Source: Microcoleus sp.
Lineage (GTDB): Bacteria > Cyanobacteriota > Cyanobacteriia > Cyanobacteriales > Microcoleaceae
Assembly: GCA_042408215.1 (NCBI GenBank)
Contig: JAYFMW010000008.1
Location: 192,001-256,000 of the forward strand
Direction of reading: 5' to 3'
Length of the DNA stretch: 64,000 nucleotides
Below the pieces are notes generated by a model. That model saw only the letters and a program-made list of their open reading frames with translations, was not told where the DNA came from and searched no databases. The position numbers and the translations under genes were made by a program. The number at the start of each line of letters is the position of its first letter. Positions within the stretch are counted from its first letter, which is position 1. Below, one piece after another: positions 59,856 through 64,000 of this stretch.

Positions 59856-62123
59856 TTATTGCAAATTCTTTTTCTCCTCCAATTCATTTAGTATATTTAT
59901 CAATTTAGCCATGTCAGGACTAAGTGTATCTAACTGAGAAGCTAATTCTTTTTTTTCACCACTACTAAGTTTTTGGTTCTCCAAAGATTTTTTTAAACCA
60001 TTCCTGTAGCTTTCCAAATAGCCATCAATTTGCCCAAAATATTGATTGATCGCCTCTTTAATATCTTTGTTGATAAAAGCATCAACCGCTCTTTCTATTG
60101 ACTGCCGATTGTCTTCCATTTTTGTGCTGAATTGAGTCTCAAACTTTGACCTTGAGACTGTGTAGGTTTCATCAGTCCACCAAACCTTGTCGCTAAAGAA
60201 GAATTGGCCAGTTTTCTTAAGGAATGAATTTTTCTTAGATTCGTAATCAAATGAGATATAACGAGACGTGCTGATCGCTGATACTTTAATATCTAACCGC
60301 AAGGGAGATAAATCAACGCTAAAAGCCTTCTCAATATCGTATTTAATTTTCCTGACAAGGGGTTCTGTGTTTTCCTCTAAGAAACGACGGATATCACCCA
60401 TCGTATAATCTACTTGCTTGCTAATTGCTGAAAGTGCAGAATCTATAGCATTCTCTATCTTCCGTTCAGCAATTTTCTCAATCTTAACCTTCCAACTCTT
60501 GAACTCATCTTTACTCATCTCGTCGGTATAAGCCGTAGCACTATCTGAGAAGATTTGCTTAATCTCGCCAGGAAGCTCCTTATCTCGAAAAGCAGTAGAA
60601 AGAGTTAACTGTGCATCTCTTCGCAATTTATCCGTGTAAGTAGTTACTTTGTTAAGGCTGCTTCTTTGTTCCTCGAAATTTTCGAGTTGGGTTTGAAGCG
60701 AACTTATCATAAGGCTTAAGTCGTTTGCTTCTTGATCAAGTCCACTACGCTGTAACTTAATTTGATCGGATATGTGGGAAAGCTTGCTTCGGCATACCTT
60801 AAGTGCTGAATTTATACTGAGTCCCAACGCATTAGGTATCAAACCTTCAATAACTGGCTCTAAAAACTTACTGAAATTAGAATCTTCCCACAAATCGTCA
60901 GCTACTTGTTTTGCTGATTCAATATTCGCTCTTTCTAATTGACGCTCAGTTGCTTTGCCAGCGCCAGATTGAGCTTCAAAAAGCGGACGCATAATATCTT
61001 TAGTCAGCCCTTGCTTATTTCGCTGATACTCTTTGTAAAATTCTCTCGCAGCTAAGGCATATAAGCCTGATACGGGAAATACCTGTTTCTCTGCATTAAA
61101 ATCAGTACCCTCAAACTTCTTGCCTATATCTTTCTTAATTTCGGCTTCATTTTGTTCCCCTCCTTTCCTTGCATCATATTTGTTGCACAAGACATAGATA
61201 TTTTCTGCACCTCTATTAGCTACCATTTTCCTTACTGCGTTAAGCGTCTCGATAGCTGCTGCATTGTTAGGCACTGTGTAGTCAACAATTGTTAGTACCA
61301 AGGAGCTTTGCTCCAATTGTCTAGACATTACATCATAAAGAATTTTCTTCAACATTTGTTGAATTTTCTCATTAGAACTACCTTCATCTGCGCCAGGAGT
61401 ATCTATCAGTACAAGTTTGCCGATGGAGTCGGATCTAGGAATGTTAGAGAAGGGAATAAAAGGCGCTGTTATTCTTGGATATTCACGTAGGGAAAGAATA
61501 TCATCTACCTCAACTTCCATCAAGAGACACATTCGGACTATATGATTTATTCCGGTAAGAAATCGGGAAATACTATCTGTACCATTCACTTTGGTCGGAA
61601 GAGTATCCCATTTACCAGCTTGGATATCATTAGCCAACCCTAAAAGATAACTATACTCTTGAAGCTCATTTTCTACTTGCTTACTACCTTTACGAGTAAT
61701 TTGTTTTTTGAGATTTAAAGTCAACTTCTCCAATATTTTTTTGGCATCATTAGGCAATAAAAGAGAGGGATTATCCACACCTACAACAAGTTCAATTTCG
61801 GTGGGTAAACTTGTCATTCCCTTATTATGTGATGGTAGTAACTTCATCCCACTAATAGCATTGATAACTGTGGATTTTCCTGCTTTCATGGGGGCAATAA
61901 TAGAAATTGATAGCTCTGCCTTTGTTACCTTTCTGACTTCGTTATCAATAATGTCTTTTTCCTTAGTATAGCCGCCCTTCAGTACGGACTCAACTTTAGC
62001 TATCAACAAACTGCTTTTTTGTAAAATGTCAAGAGTTTCATGTTGCAAATGAGTAATCTTAGATTGTTGATTCTTAGCGTCTTTCATAATTCCACCCTTT
62101 TTTTGCTCTGCTATTTCTCCCAT
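59856..62123 (-). CDS. Bacterial dynamin-like GTPase
   Basis: G1 APMKAGKST, G2 MTSLPT, G3 DTPG, G4 NKYD; long helical C-terminus. Confidence 0.85.
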   Translation of the reverse strand: MGEIAEQKKGGIMKDAKNQQSKITHLQHETLDILQKSSLLIAKVESVLKGGYTKEKDIIDNEVRKVTKAELSISIIAPMKAGKSTVINAISGMKLLPSHNKGMTSLPTEIELVVGVDNPSLLLPNDAKKILEKLTLNLKKQITRKGSKQVENELQEYSYLLGLANDIQAGKWDTLPTKVNGTDSISRFLTGINHIVRMCLLMEVEVDDILSLREYPRITAPFIPFSNIPRSDSIGKLVLIDTPGADEGSSNEKIQQMLKKILYDVMSRQLEQSSLVLTIVDYTVPNNAAAIETLNAVRKMVANRGAENIYVLCNKYDARKGGEQNEAEIKKDIGKKFEGTDFNAEKQVFPVSGLYALAAREFYKEYQRNKQGLTKDIMRPLFEAQSGAGKATERQLERANIESAKQVADDLWEDSNFSKFLEPVIEGLIPNALGLSINSALKVCRSKLSHISDQIKLQRSGLDQEANDLSLMISSLQTQLENFEEQRSSLNKVTTYTDKLRRDAQLTLSTAFRDKELPGEIKQIFSDSATAYTDEMSKDEFKSWKVKIEKIAERKIENAIDSALSAISKQVDYTMGDIRRFLEENTEPLVRKIKYDIEKAFSVDLSPLRLDIKVSAISTSRYISFDYESKKNSFLKKTGQFFFSDKVWWTDETYTVSRSKFETQFSTKMEDNRQSIERAVDAFINKDIKEAINQYFGQIDGYLESYRNGLKKSLENQKLSSGEKKELASQLDTLSPDMAKLINILNELEEKKNLQ

Positions 62124-62285
62124 TTTCTTTGGAAATCAAAGCTTTGCCAACTCAAAAATGTTCAGTTTTGTTAGTAATTTTGTGAGCTACTCCAACTCAC
62201 CCTATGTGAAAAATGTTGGCAAATGCCAGAAAATGTTGGAAAATGTTAGGTATAATACGAAAAATCCCAACATCCACGATGCTGC

Positions 62286-63692
62286 ATGAATCTTAAGGAA
62301 GTGTTAAAAATGGCTGACGAGATGGTCTTTGCCAAAACGGGTCAGCACCTCGATAACTTACAAGAAGCAATTCTGCGAGGAACCATGCAAGGTGAGAAAT
62401 ATACCAAAATTGCCGAGGAGATTCACTGTAACGAGAGTTATGTTAGGGATGTTGGCTCAAAGTTATGGCCGATACTCTCAGAAGAATTGGGAGAAAAAGT
62501 TACTAAATCGAATTTTAGATCAGCCATGCAGAGGTGGCAAATTTCTCATGTTACAAACTTTGCACAAGACGTTGTAGCCATCAGTAGTTTTAACACCTGT
62601 GGACAAGCCAGACACCCACCAGAACTATCAAAATCACATCCACCAAATCAGGAAACATCTAACTCAAAAGAACCTGAAACCCTACATCAAGATTTAAGTG
62701 AAATGCCGGATTTGGGTGATTTCTTCGATCGCACCCCCCAACTCCAAACCCTCACAACCTGGATTCTACAACAAAACAGCCGCCTCATCACCCTCACTGG
62801 CATCAGCGGAATCGGCAAAACAACCCTAGCAGTACAACTCGTACAACAAATCAAAGACGAGTTTGAGTACACAGTTTGGTGCACACTAGACGAATTCCCC
62901 ACCATAGATAAATTCCAATCTAACCTAATACAGCTTTTTTCCAATTCCGAAAAACAAGATTTATCCCCAACAAACCAGAAACGCTTACCGCTGATTAAGT
63001 ATTTGCAAAACCATCGATGTTTAATAGTTTTAGATGACGTTCACCACCTTTTCTGTAGCGGCGAATCGGCAGGAAAATACAAACCAGAATGCGAAGAATA
63101 TCGCTCTTTATTCAAACAAATAGAAAAATTATCCCATCAAAGTTGCTTGCTGCTAATCGGTTGGGAACAACCCAGAGAAGTGACTCAAGTTAAAAGCCAA
63201 AATACTGCCATTCGTAGCTTACAACTCAAAGGTTTAGACATAGCAGCCGCCGGGGAAATACTGAGAGATCATGGGTTAGCAGAAATCGACAACAGCGAAG
63301 CACTCATTCATCGCTACCAAGGTAATCCCCTATGGTTAAAAAGCGTGGCGACTCTGATCCAAGACTTGGGTGGAGGCGTGACAGAGTTATTACCAAATGA
63401 TACCATATTGTTGCCGGAAGATTTGAAAGATGTTTTACAGCAGCAGTTCGATCGCCTATCGGAACTAGAAAAACAAGTAATCTCCTTGTTGGCGAGGGAA
63501 AGCCAGCCAGTCGATCGGGCAAAATTACTTGAAAATGATACAATTCCGCTACCAGATTTGGCAAATGCGCTGCAATCTCTATCGCGGCGCTGCTTGATAG
63601 AACAACAAGGAAGTAGTTACACTGTGCCGCCTGTGTTGAAGCAGTATATCAAAACTAGATTATCCCACTTAACAAACATCGACAATGAATAA
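62286..63692 (+). CDS. NB-ARC/STAND ATPase with N-terminal HTH and no C-terminal repeat domain
   Basis: GISGIGKTT, CLIVLDD, GNPLWLK; N-terminal LSEELGEKVTKSNFRS. Confidence 0.85.
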   Translation: MNLKEVLKMADEMVFAKTGQHLDNLQEAILRGTMQGEKYTKIAEEIHCNESYVRDVGSKLWPILSEELGEKVTKSNFRSAMQRWQISHVTNFAQDVVAISSFNTCGQARHPPELSKSHPPNQETSNSKEPETLHQDLSEMPDLGDFFDRTPQLQTLTTWILQQNSRLITLTGISGIGKTTLAVQLVQQIKDEFEYTVWCTLDEFPTIDKFQSNLIQLFSNSEKQDLSPTNQKRLPLIKYLQNHRCLIVLDDVHHLFCSGESAGKYKPECEEYRSLFKQIEKLSHQSCLLLIGWEQPREVTQVKSQNTAIRSLQLKGLDIAAAGEILRDHGLAEIDNSEALIHRYQGNPLWLKSVATLIQDLGGGVTELLPNDTILLPEDLKDVLQQQFDRLSELEKQVISLLARESQPVDRAKLLENDTIPLPDLANALQSLSRRCLIEQQGSSYTVPPVLKQYIKTRLSHLTNIDNE

Positions 63693-63697
63693 ACTTT

Positions 63698-64000
63698 TCA
63701 AACAACACCGCTTGTCAACTCTTGTTTCATCAAATTCGGCAACAATGCCAAAACATCCAAATACCACCACCAACGCTGAGGTGTAATCTCCTCAAATTTG
63801 CGCTTCTGGGTTAAATCCACAAATCTCGACAACTCCTCATAAAACTCCCTTGCTTGTTCAACTAACCGTCGATCGGCATTTGCCAATAAACCCTTCTCTT
63901 CCTCACTCAGTTGAGATTCAACTTTTGCCAACTCATCTCTAAGTTGCAACATTTCTAAATGTTCAGCCCCACTCACATCAGGAAATTCAACCATTACACA
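63698..64000 (-). CDS. Hypothetical protein, possibly 5'-partial at the window edge
   Basis: VEFPDVSGAEHLEML...RWWWYLDVL; frame is open to the window end. Confidence 0.65.
   Translation of the reverse strand, partial: CVMVEFPDVSGAEHLEMLQLRDELAKVESQLSEEEKGLLANADRRLVEQAREFYEELSRFVDLTQKRKFEEITPQRWWWYLDVLALLPNLMKQELTSGVV

Larger units (their letters stand above)
1..64000. repeat. HIP1 octamer GCGATCGC dispersed throughout
   Basis: Dozens of copies in core genes; none noticed in the intein, IS607, DUF262-HEPN or dynamin genes. Confidence 0.9.

Overview
64 kb of a cyanobacterial chromosome, probably a filamentous Oscillatoriales/Microcoleus-like strain (rbcLXS, chlI, pcyA, dense HIP1 GCGATCGC sites, heptamer STRRs, many small dispersed palindromic repeats). 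Housekeeping blocks (chlI, ruvC, rbcL-rbcX-rbcS, panB, tatA, pcyA, devBCA, dnaX, tig-clpP-clpX, asd-dapA-rnj, thrC-moaD, P450, phosphoketolase) alternate with accessory DNA. Highlights: (1) a 430-aa DnaX intein whose LAGLIDADG endonuclease is encoded in a second, overlapping reading frame while the intein frame stays open; (2) an IS607 with a Fanzor-like rearranged-RuvC TnpB, inserted in the GG of the clpX Shine-Dalgarno sequence; (3) an ORF-less IS200/IS605 derivative keeping an omegaRNA-like right end just upstream of tig; (4) a duplicated intergenic unit with two head-to-head sigma70-like promoters aimed at a 23-bp hairpin; (5) small palindromic repeats inserted in-frame in several proteins; (6) a defence-like right end (Uma2, DUF262-HEPN, ART-like toxin pair, dead RelE and VapC toxins, dynamin, NB-ARC). 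All assignments come from motif recognition by eye; no database searches were run.
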